From positions 166,222,001 through 166,286,000 of the forward strand of contig NC_042998.1 of assembly GCF_006345805.1 (NCBI RefSeq): a stretch of 64,000 nucleotides of DNA, read 5' to 3'. Shown one piece after another: positions 24,279 through 36,011 of this stretch (the stretch's first letter is position 1; each line of letters begins with the position of its first letter). The notes beneath the pieces are model-generated. The model saw only the letters and a list, made by a program, of their open reading frames with translations. It made no database searches and was not told the DNA's origin. The position numbers and the translations under genes are program-made. The DNA is from Octopus sinensis. Taxonomy: Eukaryota.

Positions 24279-24656
24279 TGTGATATTAATTGGTTGAAGG
24301 AGAGGTTTTCTTCTAGCTGCTCGTCCATAATACCCAAGCTTATGAAAATATGTAACACATGTTCTTGGACTAACTTCTAGCTGTTTTGCAATGTCAGAAG
24401 CCTTCGAACGGGGTTCGTTTTCCACAATTCTCTTCAAACAGCGAAGCTTCCTTTCCGAGTGTCCAGGTTGGCCGGGACGAGAATCTGTTGATTCTTTTCT
24501 TTGGCTTTTGAATTGCACTATAATTCTATTGACAGTAGAAAGAGGAATTTGAAGATTCTCGGCAATTTTTCGCTGGCTTAGATCAGCCTAAGATTGCCCA
24601 ACAATACGACCTCTTTGAAAATCTGACAGTTCTGCTGAATTTTTTGTGCGTGGTAT
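24279..24656 (-). pseudogene. Tc1-family transposase N-terminus (paired-like HTH)
   Basis: [45 protein letters not shown]...RCLKRIVENEPRSKASDIA...LGYYGRAARRKPLL in one frame. Confidence 0.88.
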
Positions 24657-25394
24657 GGTTACTTTTAGCAAATGCTTAATATAATGGCACCTGGAATGAA
24701 AAAGAATAGTCGACTTTGACTCCTTTGACCTTTTCCTTTCATATGACACCCTTAACATGCTAATTAATACATAGCTGGGACCATGATAGGTATTTCTACT
24801 CAAGATCAGAATAGATCTGGGAACAATAGTGAGTAAGAGATGGTTTCATCCTCTTCAAAACCTTGGAACTCCCGAACCAGGTCCCTTCTGCCAGATGCAG
24901 CTTAATGTGATACAAAGAACCACATAGAATACTAATTTATATTTTACTATATCTTTTATCCTTTACTTGTTTCACGACTCATCTATGTTTATGGTACTTG
25001 TGGATGTTAGTACCCAAAACATTTAATCTCACAAATTAGAATACATACAAGGTGATACACACGTACTATTTAACAGACAGCTCACGCGTGTGCGTTACAT
25101 ACACCGGCGGGAGGACTGAACGCATATTTCACACGTACTTGTACACGTACGAATATATCAACATAGCAACCGTAAAAAGCGCCTAAAGTTAATGTAATCT
25201 CTGGAATTACTAGAAATAAATCTTATTGCCTGTCATAACGTCGCTAAGTCTAAGTCTGTCTTTCTTTTTCTCTCTCTTTATGAGTCCTCCCTCACAATTG
25301 TCGTTACCCTTACACATTCACCCCTCATCTTTCTTTACCCCACTTACTCTACAAATGTATCTATACATGCACATGCATACTAAAACACACACAA

Positions 25395-25431
<37 letters not shown>

Positions 25432-25710
25432 TGTATATGTTTGTATATTTATACATATATCGAAAAATACATACAAACATACACACATACACTCATACAT
25501 TCACATACACAAATATAGTCCCTTGGAGGGGGATGTTGTTAATCGGAGTTTCACCGATTTGTAACATAATAGATGTAAATATTTATCAATTTATCCACGC
25601 CGCCGACAAACGCACAAGCTATAGTTTACTTTCAGTTTATCTTTTGTTTTCTGATACACGCCATCATTTGGATAAAATATTTATTAATAAGTGCGTATAC
25701 TACACACATA

Positions 25711-26004
25711 GTGGAGGCGCAATGGCCCAGTGGTTAGGGCAGAGGATCGCGATTTCGATTCCCAGACCGGGCGTTGTGTGTGCTTATTGAGCGAAAACAC
25801 CTAAAAGCTCCACGAGACTCCGGCAGGGGATGGTGGCGACCCCTGTTGTACTCTTTCGCAACAACTTTCTCTCACTCTCTCTTCCTGTTTCTTGAGTAAC
25901 GCTGCTATGGACTGGCGTCCCGTCTAGCTGGGGGGAACACATACGCCACAGAAACCAGGAAACTGGGCCCATGAGCCTGGCTAGGCTTGAAAAGGGTGAC
26001 GTTT
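25711..26004 (+). mobile_element. SINE family C, tail type 1
   Basis: gtggaggcgcaatggcccagtggttaggg (A-box), tttcgattccc (B-box), ttgagcgaaaacacctaaa. Confidence 0.85.
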
Positions 26005-26908
26005 ATACTACACGCTCACGCACGCACGTACACACGCGCACATACACACACACACGCGCACACGCACACACACTTATACACATTTATTTTTTGATTGCAT
26101 CTGATCCACTGCTTGTAACCGTTTCTTCAATTTTGGAATGCGTATTACATTTTTTCTTGAGCTAAATATTCTCTAGTTAGTAATGAACCCGGAAATCTTC
26201 ATGAGCAATGGGCGTATATTTGTAGCAGTTCATTTGTGATATCGTATGAACTCTTCTGTCGTTCTCATATGTTAAATCGACTCTCTATCCTCTGCCACAA
26301 AATAGAAATACTACAAAAACTGCAACGGATCATAACTTTGATGCAGAGAACTCACAGTTTGATGTGAAAACTTCTCTTGAAAGATCCCTTTTATGCACCA
26401 TAATAAGTCGTTGCGGCTGAGTTATTTCTAAGTTCTCAACTGGATTAATTATTGCCACTTTTACAGTTGGACGATTGTATCTTCGCCTATCAATTCTGCA
26501 AATATGTTTATATTTAGGAATAACCTGAAACTTCTTGAGAATTAGAAGTTCCCATGTATTCGCTGTTATTATTATTGTGAACTGAAGTTGTGAAGTTGTT
26601 ATCTTTTAACATCGCAGTTTTAGTAATCCTATGATGTCACTCTCTTGTTTGTTTAGTATTGTCATCCACTGATCCAGTTGAAATGATGCATTGTATATGC
26701 ACATTTGAACGAATTGCTTTAGTAAGATAACAAGATAACACAGTAAAACGTGGTTTCAGAACTATAGACGAAAGGATAGTATGGTTTATCATTCAGTGTG
26801 ATAGTAAGACAGTGGAGGGCATGATTTCAGAAAGATTTAGCTGCTTTTTCTTGCATGTTGGGCAACCATTGAGAGATCACAACTAAATGAGGAACTGCAG
26901 AGGAATAG

Positions 26909-26951
26909 ATGAAAGATCTGCTGATAGTATTTTTTATCGTTCTGTGTGGCA
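26909..26951 (+). CDS. Candidate first coding exon, signal-peptide-like (MKDLLIVFFIVLCG, phase 1)
   Basis: ATG preceded by in-frame TAG, a hydrophobic stretch, and a perfect GTAAGT donor at 26952. No homology recognised. Confidence 0.3.
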
Positions 26952-27364
26952 GTAAGTTATAAACACCATCTCGAAAGAAATCCACCCAACAGTTCAGAGA
27001 AAGCCAACCATTAAATATGGTTGAAAAAGAACGATGAAGCCTAGTTGGAGAGGTCATGTGTAAGTAAGAGACAGGTACCTGTTCACCTAAAATGGCAAGT
27101 CAGACGTGCATGACTCCACAGTTGGAATGACGGTGATGACCCCGAAATGGGCTTGATATCGAATACCAGTCTGTCGATCCAGTAGGCGAAGCCTTGCTTC
27201 AGTGAGAGTGAGGCGGGGCGGTATAGAGTCGTTGAGAGGAAAGGCCCCGAAACGGTGCACATTCTCTTCTGAGTACACCTGAAGCATAATGGCGCCCGGT
27301 ATGCAAATTTTTCGATTAACTGCACTTGCATAAGCTGGCTGTTTCCAAGTCTCTCTCTTTCTCT

Positions 27365-27422
<58 letters not shown>

Positions 27423-28654
27423 ATATATATATATATAGATATATATATATATGTAAAGTACATTTATTTAAACGGACGAGTTAATTGTTCGCTGTCGGAT
27501 TATAACTGCCGTATGGGATTAAAGACTGAATCAATGATATTTAAGCATAAAAGAAAACAAACATTAACGAAATCTTGTTCTGCCTCGAGATCGACCAAAT
27601 GAAAATTTTCGTCTACGGTGCCTTCAAATCATGACATCTGAGGAAGCGAATGGACAATAGAATTATCATTACATAATTCCATATATTATGGCATGCACTA
27701 CCATAACATTGTATGAATTGTATAACATTGTACGAGCTATAGAATAAATGATACCGTATGTTAACGAAAACATTTATAAATTAATATAAATCAATTTTCT
27801 CATTTCCTCATATTTCCGGTCATTTTGATGAAACTTAACAAATCCCAATTTTTTGTTTCATACTTTTGACCTCCATCACATGTTCTCAAGTCAATGTCAT
27901 AATTGTGGATTAGTATCGAGTGACAAAATTAAAATTAGGATTCATTTTATCGACTTCATTTAAGTACTGGCATTTTATTTTGTCAATCTCCAAGGTGTTA
28001 CCCATAATCTGACCCGTCGGGAAGAGAGACTACAAAATGCATATACGTACAGAGATACCAAGTTTGTTACCACTTTACTGTGCACAATTGTCGCATATTT
28101 TCAGATGAAGGACACGAATATGTAATATTTAATTTGTAACTTTCCAAAGGGAATTAGTTTTTACAATAATACATATTTGCAAACTATAATAAATAATTTT
28201 TGCTGGGAGGAAGAGAAGCTAACATTTCGGTCAGAAACCTTCATGGAAGAGACAAGAAATGTTTAGTGATGTTTGCTTACGCAGATAATAGCGGTTTTTC
28301 TCGGAGTCTACTGCTACAATTTCGCAATTATAATATTGATTTTTATCATTTGGTACGAATCACAAATACGTGAAAGATATAAGCAACTTTCCATCATGAT
28401 ATTCTTGAATTACAACGTTTATAACAAGATAAATTTTGTCACTTTGAAATAAACATAGTAAAAAATATTACTGATTCAGCCATCTTTTGTTTGTAATCAA
28501 TCTAAAACTTACTGTTTAGACAACATGTAAAATTACCTTCTCTCTAGATTATTTGTTTGTCTTTTCTGAAGCATAGATTTAAAATAAAAGAGAAAAGACT
28601 AGTTATGAATTATTTATCAGGAAATAAAATAGCTCACAATAATAATAGTTTCAA

Positions 28655-28835
28655 ATTTTGGCAAAAGGCCAGCTATTTCAGGAGACGGGGTTAGTCGATT
28701 ACATCGGCCCCAGTGCTGAGCTGGTACTTATTTTATCGACCCTGAAAGTATGAAAGGCAAAGTCGGCGGAATTTGAACTCTGAACGTAAAAGGCATTTTG
28801 TCAGATGTGTTAATAATTTTGCCTGCTAGCCACCT
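28655..28835 (-). mobile_element. SINE A, diverged
   Basis: gtcgattacatcggccccagtgctgagctggtacttattttatcgacc...ggcggaatttgaactc. Confidence 0.75.
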
Positions 28836-30361
28836 TAATAGTTGACATTAATAATGAGCTAAGCAAAATTTTGTTAAAACGTAAAAAGTAAAGAAAGGCT
28901 ATCGAAAGAGTAAATAAAAAATACTAAATAAAAAGACTAAATGAAAACCAGGATTCGAAAACTTAATGGTGGCCACAACGTTGGTGAAATTTCTTAATCT
29001 GACTAAATTCGTACGTCGTGGGAATACGAAAATCTCGACGCTTGCCTACAAGGCTCATCGTTAGCACGTGAATTTACCCAAATATTAAATAAAAAGGAAA
29101 TAGGGAAGAATTGTAAAACACCGAAATCATAGTAAAAACTAAAAAGAAAATTCTGGCATAATTTTTGTTTAAATTCTATTATACTTTGCTGCATCTATTC
29201 TTTGACTACTAGTAGCTCAGCACTGCATGCTAACCTGACATTCTTCAGTTTTCCAGTGTCTCTGCTTTCTTTGGGATAACCAAAGTGTTAACCTTCTGGT
29301 TCCACAAAGAAGCAAGACTAACTAGTCATAATGTATGAAAGAAGAAATATAAATGTTAAATTTGTTAAGATGATGATTTCCACAAAGCAGTATTCTGTAA
29401 CTGGAAAATATTGAGAAACGTGTAGTAAAGTCAGATGAAATTTAAATCTATATTTTGCTAATTATGAATATTCGTCGAACTTATAGCTTGGATATTATGC
29501 AACTCATCAGACACAAAACAACTGTAAAGGAATAAACAGAAAATAAATTAAAATAGACGAACCTTTGTTTAACAAAGGAAATCTAAAGTGACTGAAAAGT
29601 GATTGCTGATAAGGTCAGAACAAACAAGCGACTCTTATAAATATCTAGGAGATTATAAAAGCCAACTCTGTTGGGAGGAAACGGAGAATATGACATGTCA
29701 AAAACGGAATTTCAACACAGACTTCTAATATGTAGCCGAAGCGTTTCTGAAAGGCACATAATTAAATTGAACTGTAATATACAAACTGTTAGATGAAACA
29801 GCATATATGATGTTATTGAAGAATTAATGATTCATAATTAGGTTAGATTATCTCAAGTAATCAACTTTCGTAATTTACTCAATAACCAGTAATCAATGAA
29901 TTAATGGATTGGTGCTAATTTAAGATGAAGAATAGAAAGTTGAAAGTTAGATGGATGAGATGAGAAGTTGTAGTTTTCAATTCATTATACGTTTAGTTCT
30001 ATATTTAAGAGATGGGGAATTATATATATATATATATTTAAATTTAAAATAATAAGGGTGAAAAATTGAATATTAATTTGATTAATATCAATTTAAAACC
30101 GGTGGTGTAGCATATTGAAAAGTCTGAAGTTTCAGAAAGAAATTGTATTACATACTTATAAGAAGGATAACCTGTAAGTGGACATCCCTCTTATAATTTC
30201 AGTAGTAAAGTGAAAGTATTAAAGTGAAAGTATCTGACATTACAATAGAGAGATGTTATTGTTTCACTTTTGACACGTAATACTGAAATAGTGGAGAAAA
30301 TATGATATTGCTGTGGGCTCGCACTAGGCAAGAAGTTAAAAAAATATTCTGGCCTATAAAA

Positions 30362-30499
30362 CTACATGGACCCTAAGTAAGGCATGTGTAACATTTGAAT
30401 GAAATTGGTTGTGTAGTTCTCAAGTTTTAGGGATTCACACAGACAGAAACACAGACACACAGGCAGACAGACACACATTCTCATCTTTATATATATAGA
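30362..30499 (-). mobile_element. Helitron-like 5' end, truncated
   Basis: A|TCTATATATATAAAGATGAGAATGTGTGTCTGTCTG has the same style of 5' terminus as 12508. No 3' hairpin found. Confidence 0.5.
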
Positions 30500-30630
30500 T
30501 AGATACACACACACATACATACATACATACATACATACATACATACATACATACATACATACGTACATATATACATACATACATACATACATACATACAT
30601 ACATAATACATACATACATACATAATATAT

Positions 30631-30895
30631 AAAGGATTGATGTAACTCCTCCTGAAGATATAGAGTCAAAATTAAAAGAAGAGTGCCATTGTTATCTAGT
30701 GAACGATATTTCAATATCTTGTGTCTTTTTTTTTTATTTTGACTCTATATCTTCAGGAGGAGTTACCTCAATCCTTTATGTATATTAACCAAAATGAAGT
30801 AGATTGACAAATTTATTTTTTGAACCAGTTGAAGACACACGAGATGTCAAAATATCGTTCACTAGATAAAAATGGGACTTTTCTTTTAATTTTGA

Positions 30896-30897
<2 letters not shown>
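30631..30897. repeat. Nested inverted duplication (X-Y-X'-spacer-Y')
   Basis: 30631-30672 is inverted at 30736-30778, and 30666-30727 is inverted at 30834-30897. Confidence 0.8.
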
Positions 30898-30929
<32 letters not shown>

Positions 30930-31013
30930 GTAATTCAGGTCACTGTCTAGAATTGAACACGGAATATTGGGGTTAGTAGCCCGCACTCTTAACCACAACG
31001 CAATATGCCTGTG
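30898..31013 (-). mobile_element. SINE D head plus (AAT)n
   Basis: ttcaggtcactgtctagaattgaacacggaatattggggttagtagcccgcactcttaaccacaacgcaatatgcctgtgg matches 2197-2277. Confidence 0.75.
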
Positions 31014-31169
31014 GACTTATTCTTTGTAAGCCTGGTACTTATTCTATCGGACTCTTTTGCCGAACCGCTAATTACGGGGTCATAAACACACCAACATCGG
31101 TTGTCAAGCGACGGTGGAGGACAAACACAAACACACACGCACACACACATATATATACATATATATATA

Positions 31170-31210
<41 letters not shown>

Positions 31211-31224
31211 TATATATATATAAT

Positions 31225-31258
<34 letters not shown>

Positions 31259-31420
31259 TAGATATAGATATATAGGGCTTCTTTCACTTTCCACCAACCA
31301 AATCCACACACAGGGCTTTAGTCGGCCCGAGGCTATAGTAGAGGACACTTGCCCAAGGTGCCACTGAAACCGGAACCATTTGGTTGGGAAGCAAGCATCA
31401 TACCAAACAGCCACTCCTGC
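31014..31420 (-). mobile_element. SINE B lacking the extreme 3' tail
   Basis: gacttattctttgtaagcc...microsatellite...ggcttctttcactttcc...ggaaccatttggttgggaagcaag. Confidence 0.8.
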
Positions 31421-31442
31421 GTCTATAATATATATATGTCAG

Positions 31443-31475
<33 letters not shown>

Positions 31476-31479
<4 letters not shown>

Positions 31480-31635
31480 AGGTGTCCCAGATGAACCAAC
31501 TTCACGGCAGGAGGTGCAGATGAGGGCAGCTGCATCGAACTCTCTCATGCACCAAATGGCAATTGATAAAAAGCAACACCAAACGGTGGTGCCTCAGCAT
31601 GGTCACAGCTTGTGAGCTGAAACTAGATAAAAATA
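31476..31635 (+). mobile_element. CR1/L2-type LINE 3' end (same family as 11218-11640)
   Basis: tgtcaggtgtcccagatgaaccaacttcacggcaggagg...gctgaaactagataaaaataa. Confidence 0.8.
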
Positions 31636-31680
<45 letters not shown>

Positions 31681-31963
31681 TATATTATATCTTAATATAT
31701 TCTATATTTTCTATATTTTATATATTAATGTGAAAAATTTTAATGATTTAAATTTTGTTTTTGTTCATACTAATAATAGCACAAACCTGCTTTTTATGCT
31801 GCACAACTAAAAGTTCTTTTCTAGGGTTCTCTATACGCATTTGATTAAATATCGAATTTGCCGGCACATTCATAAATCTATCAAAAAATCCCCTGTGCCT
31901 AATGTAGCCATATTTCAGATGGGCAATCACGTGTTGTACACTAGACAGCCGGATGAGTATTAG

Positions 31964-32058
31964 TGCGGTGTGCTGGCAGAATCGTCAGCATGCCGGGCAA
32001 AATGATGCAGCATTTCGTCTGTCTTTACAAGCCTCTCATCCTTTCAGGGTCAATAAAA
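31964..32058 (+). mobile_element. SINE A 5' part, split by mariner (continues at 33593-33672)
   Basis: gctggcagaatcg...tcatcctttcagggtcaataaaa|TA, resuming after the mariner as TA|agtgctacttaaacactagagtcgatgtaatc. Confidence 0.8.
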
Positions 32059-32060
32059 TA

Positions 32061-33590
32061 CGAAAGGTGTTCATTAAAGATTTCCCCTGACCCACTTCCC
32101 AAGGACTGGGATAAACCGAACTTGACAGTTCTTCTCTACGTAGTCGCCACCAATGGTGACACACTTCTCCCATCGCTCTATGCAGCTGTGTAGACTTCGT
32201 CTGTTGAAGTCGGTAAGTTGCATCTGGAGCCAAGACTTTACCTCGGAATTAAGTTCATCATCATCCGAAAAGTGCTTCCCCTTCAAAAAAGACTTCATGG
32301 TTGGAAGAGGTGACAGTCAGATGGTGCGAGGTCAGGAGAGTAAGGGGGATGGGGAAAGATTTCATAACCGTAGGAGTGTGCTTTCATCTGGGCAACATGT
32401 ACATTGTGAACTAGGGCGTTGTCTTCGAGGAGGCATACCACATCTCTCTGCTAGTTAGCATACCACACCTCTCTGCTTTCAAGGCGTCCCGCAATCTTTG
32501 CAGAAGAGAAGCATCATATGCCTCGTTAATTCTGGTAGATCTTGCCAGAAAACCCATCATCACTACTCCGCACCGGTTCCAAAAGACTGTGAGCATTACC
32601 TTGCCTGCTGAGGGTAGACACGAACCTTCTTTGGAGGTAGTGAGTTATCATGTTTCCTTTGCTTCAACTGGACTCAAGGTCATAGTGAAGGACCCATGTT
32701 TCAACCTGTGTGATAAGTCTGCCGAAAAAATCCTCCTCGTTTTCTTGGCACATTGCCAAAAGAGCCTGGGATCAATTGACTCTTTCCTGCTTCTGAAAAG
32801 GTGTGAGCATCTGGGGAATCCATCATGCAGACAACGTCCGCATGTGTAAATGGTCGTGAATGATGTTTTCCACAGACCCTACATTTATCTTCACTTCTTG
32901 GACTAATTGTTGAATAGTTATGCGGTGATCTTCCAAAATGGCGGCTTCCACTTTATGAATGGTGTCGTCATCAATGGCGAAATGTGGTCGTCAGGAATAG
33001 GAGCAATTTCCACCGATGTCCGACCATATTTGAACTGGCAACTCTAGTGCTTGACTACGTTGTATGATGGTGCATCGTCAGTATAAACTTCTTTCGTCTC
33101 ATCAAAAGTTTCTCCTGGTGTACGACCTTTGAAGCATAAGAAGCTGATCATTGATAAGGCGGAGAGCTGGCAGAAACGTTAGCACGCCGGGCGAAATGCT
33201 TAGCGGTATTTCGTCTGCCGTTACGTTCTGAGTTCAAATTCCGCCGAAGTCGACTTTGCCTTTCATCTTTTCGGGGTCGATTAAATAAGTACCAGTTACG
33301 CACTGGGGTCGATGTAATCGACTTAATCAGTTTGTCTATCCTTGTTTGTCCCCTCTGTGTAGCCCCTTGTGGGCATTAAAGAAATAAGAAGCTGATCATT
33401 GATCTGTATTCAACTGCCTCTATTATAACACCTTAATCCACTTCAGAAGCAGTAAAAGACAAACGAATACTCGTGGAAAGCTGCAATTTACAATGTGGCA
33501 TGTAGAGACATGTACAATTATACTTTAACAAGTTCCGTTTCCTGCAATACCGGTAGTGAGCGAGGGGAAATATTTAATGAACACCCCTCG
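32061..33590 (-). mobile_element. Full-length decayed mariner (DD34D), about 1282 bp without its SINE insert
   Basis: 28-bp TIRs (cgaaaggtgttcattaaagatttcccct / aggggaaatatttaatgaacacccctcg) with TA on both sides. Motifs LITQVETWVLHYDPE (first D mutated), MLTVFWN, HPPYSPDLAPSD, RWEKCVTIGGDYVEK. Confidence 0.95.
33156..33383 (+). mobile_element. SINE A, young full-length copy with 20-bp TSD
   Basis: TSD ataagaagctgatcattgat at 33136-33155 and 33384-33403. A and B boxes intact. Confidence 0.93.
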
Positions 33591-33678
33591 TAAGTGCTAC
33601 TTAAACACTAGAGTCGATGTAATCAACTAACCTCACTCCCGAAATTGTTAGCCTTGTGCCAAAATTTGAAACCACTAA

Positions 33679-33810
33679 GTCGGCGAGCTGGCAGAACATT
33701 TATCACGCCAGGCAAAATGGTTTGCAGAATTTCGACCGTCCTTACGCTCTGAGTTCAAATTCCACTGAGGCCGACTTTGCCTTTCATCCTTTCAGGGTCA
33801 TTAAAATAAG
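33679..33810 (+). mobile_element. SINE A 5' part
   Basis: cggcgagctggcagaac...gagttcaaattccactgagg..gcctttcatcctttcagggtc. Confidence 0.8.
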
Positions 33811-34733
33811 TAGGATGCAGAAAGGGGTGGCATGAGATCGCAAACGATGGAGAGTACTGGTGGACCTAGTCGGCTTTACGCACGACAAAGTCTCTTGAGC
33901 CACTAGCCTGGGATGACCCCCAGCCCCATCAAAGCAACAGCATGAAGCAAGCAAAAAGCGAGCGAGCACAGGTAAACTGAAAGCTAACATTGCAATATAC
34001 TACTATCATAATGTTATTTATGATCAATTTATGATTTCATACTTTATTCCAGTATATTTCCACAATACTTTCTTTACATGCATAGAATCATACATTCCGC
34101 TCCAACAAAACCCTTTTAAAAAAGTGTAATGAGTGTGTGATGAAACCACTAAGCAGAGCGCGTCTTGTACTCTGGCATATACAGTAATTTTGTTTTGTTA
34201 ATCACAACAGATTGTATATTTTCAGTAGCATTCACAGATCCTGAGTTTTTGTATAAATTGTATAATCCGAAATCCAGTATTCTTAAGATAGTTCTCGAAC
34301 TATTAAATATAAGTAGTTATGTAGTATCAGGTGACTATTGTCTTTTGTTACTACTGTAACAATAGTAAACAAAATGAAAAAGGAAAAAAAAGACGAAGAA
34401 AACCAAATATAAATGTTACGATGTACCGAATCACAAATGTCTTCATTTTAAACAGCCAAAACCTTAGTAAATTTCAATAGAATTCAAACAAAGAACTTTA
34501 TAATTAAAGGCCAAGTAGCCTAATATAACGAGGCTTTGTCTCTTGTTCAAGTAAAATTGTACTGATCTAGTTTCGTGCTTTTCTCGTAAAGAGCGAGATA
34601 TAAAACATGGAGTTCAATGCATTTAGCACAAAAGAAATCATTGGATAATTATGTACTCGCATTTGTAACAAACTACAAACGACTGAAAGAGAATCAAAAA
34701 GAAAGGAGAAAGAAAAACTGCGAGAAAGTGCGT

Positions 34734-34808
34734 GCGCCTCTTAGGTTAATGGTATAGAACGCTTAGCTGGAATTCGAGAGGTAGAGGGTTCGATTCTCTG
34801 TAGCGACT
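34734..34808 (+). other. tRNA-like remnant (SINE head or tRNA pseudogene)
   Basis: A-box-like taggttaatggta and B-box ggttcgattct at tRNA spacing. The cloverleaf does not close. Confidence 0.4.
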
Positions 34809-34910
34809 TGCTGGTCACTTTTTATCGTCTTGTACGGGTATTTACCCAATTTTCTGGGCTGTTTTCACAGCTATTCTGCGTTCGAAGTTTTTATTTATTT
34901 TCCATAGAAT

Positions 34911-34996
<86 letters not shown>

Positions 34997-35962
34997 GAAA
35001 ATTTTCAGATGATTGACGCAGGGTACCAAATTCCCTCACAAGGCATTTGTTGACCCGGGGCCAAAGGCAACGTGCTTTGGAACTGAACCCCAAAGGTTGC
35101 GGTTGCAAAGCGAGCTTCTTAACCCTGCAGGTCTGCCTACTCCTACCAATGCATGCACACACACATATAAGTATATATATACCATATGCACACTGTCACA
35201 CACACACATACATGTAAGACAGAGTGAAAAGGTGGAGACAGGTAGAAGAGTCAGCGATGACAACATAAGAAATCACATTTTCACTGCAGAAAGAATAAAC
35301 AGCTGTTGTCATGTCTTCTTACGAAGAGCGACTATAAAAGATTTCTTTCCATAGCTACGATTGTTAAGTGCATGCACTTTGTTACCGATGCCAAACTAAA
35401 CTATATGCTCACCTGTGAAACTCTCTTACTTGCTTTTGCAGACTGACTGTTCTTTGTTGTGTGTCTGTGTATGTGTAACAACATGCAAGAGCACGTCTGC
35501 ATTTGTACGTGATTACGGGAGCATTTTGTTACGTATGCTGGTATCTGAAACGTTGATTAGTGTACTGTCAGGCCGTTGATCGCAATGTCGAGTTCACACA
35601 GGAAAAGGATCATTCGTCGAGGTGAAAGAGGGCAGTTCGAGAGACTAGGAGCAAAATGGACGTAGTATATCTAGTTCTGAACGTCTGCTGGTGCACAATC
35701 GTAATTTTTCAATATTTGCTTATAGTATTGTATATGTATGTCTATATACGTCCATATTCATGAAAATATGAGCACAGACACACATATATTATTGTAGATG
35801 TCTGTATTCATATACGTCCACACTCACAAAATATGAGCAGATACACATATATACATATGTATATGTATATATAAATGCATATATATGTATATATGTATAT
35901 GCATATGTATGTATGTGCATATATATATATATAGCAATAATAAATCTCTGGCATAAGTATAT

Positions 35963-35980
35963 TTATATATATGTATATGC

Positions 35981-36011
<31 letters not shown>

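Noticed and set aside
28222-28252. Hammerhead remnant tccatga-a-gg..cc-gaaatgtt (minus)
   Set aside because: Three core changes and a 2-bp helix II make it too degenerate to call.
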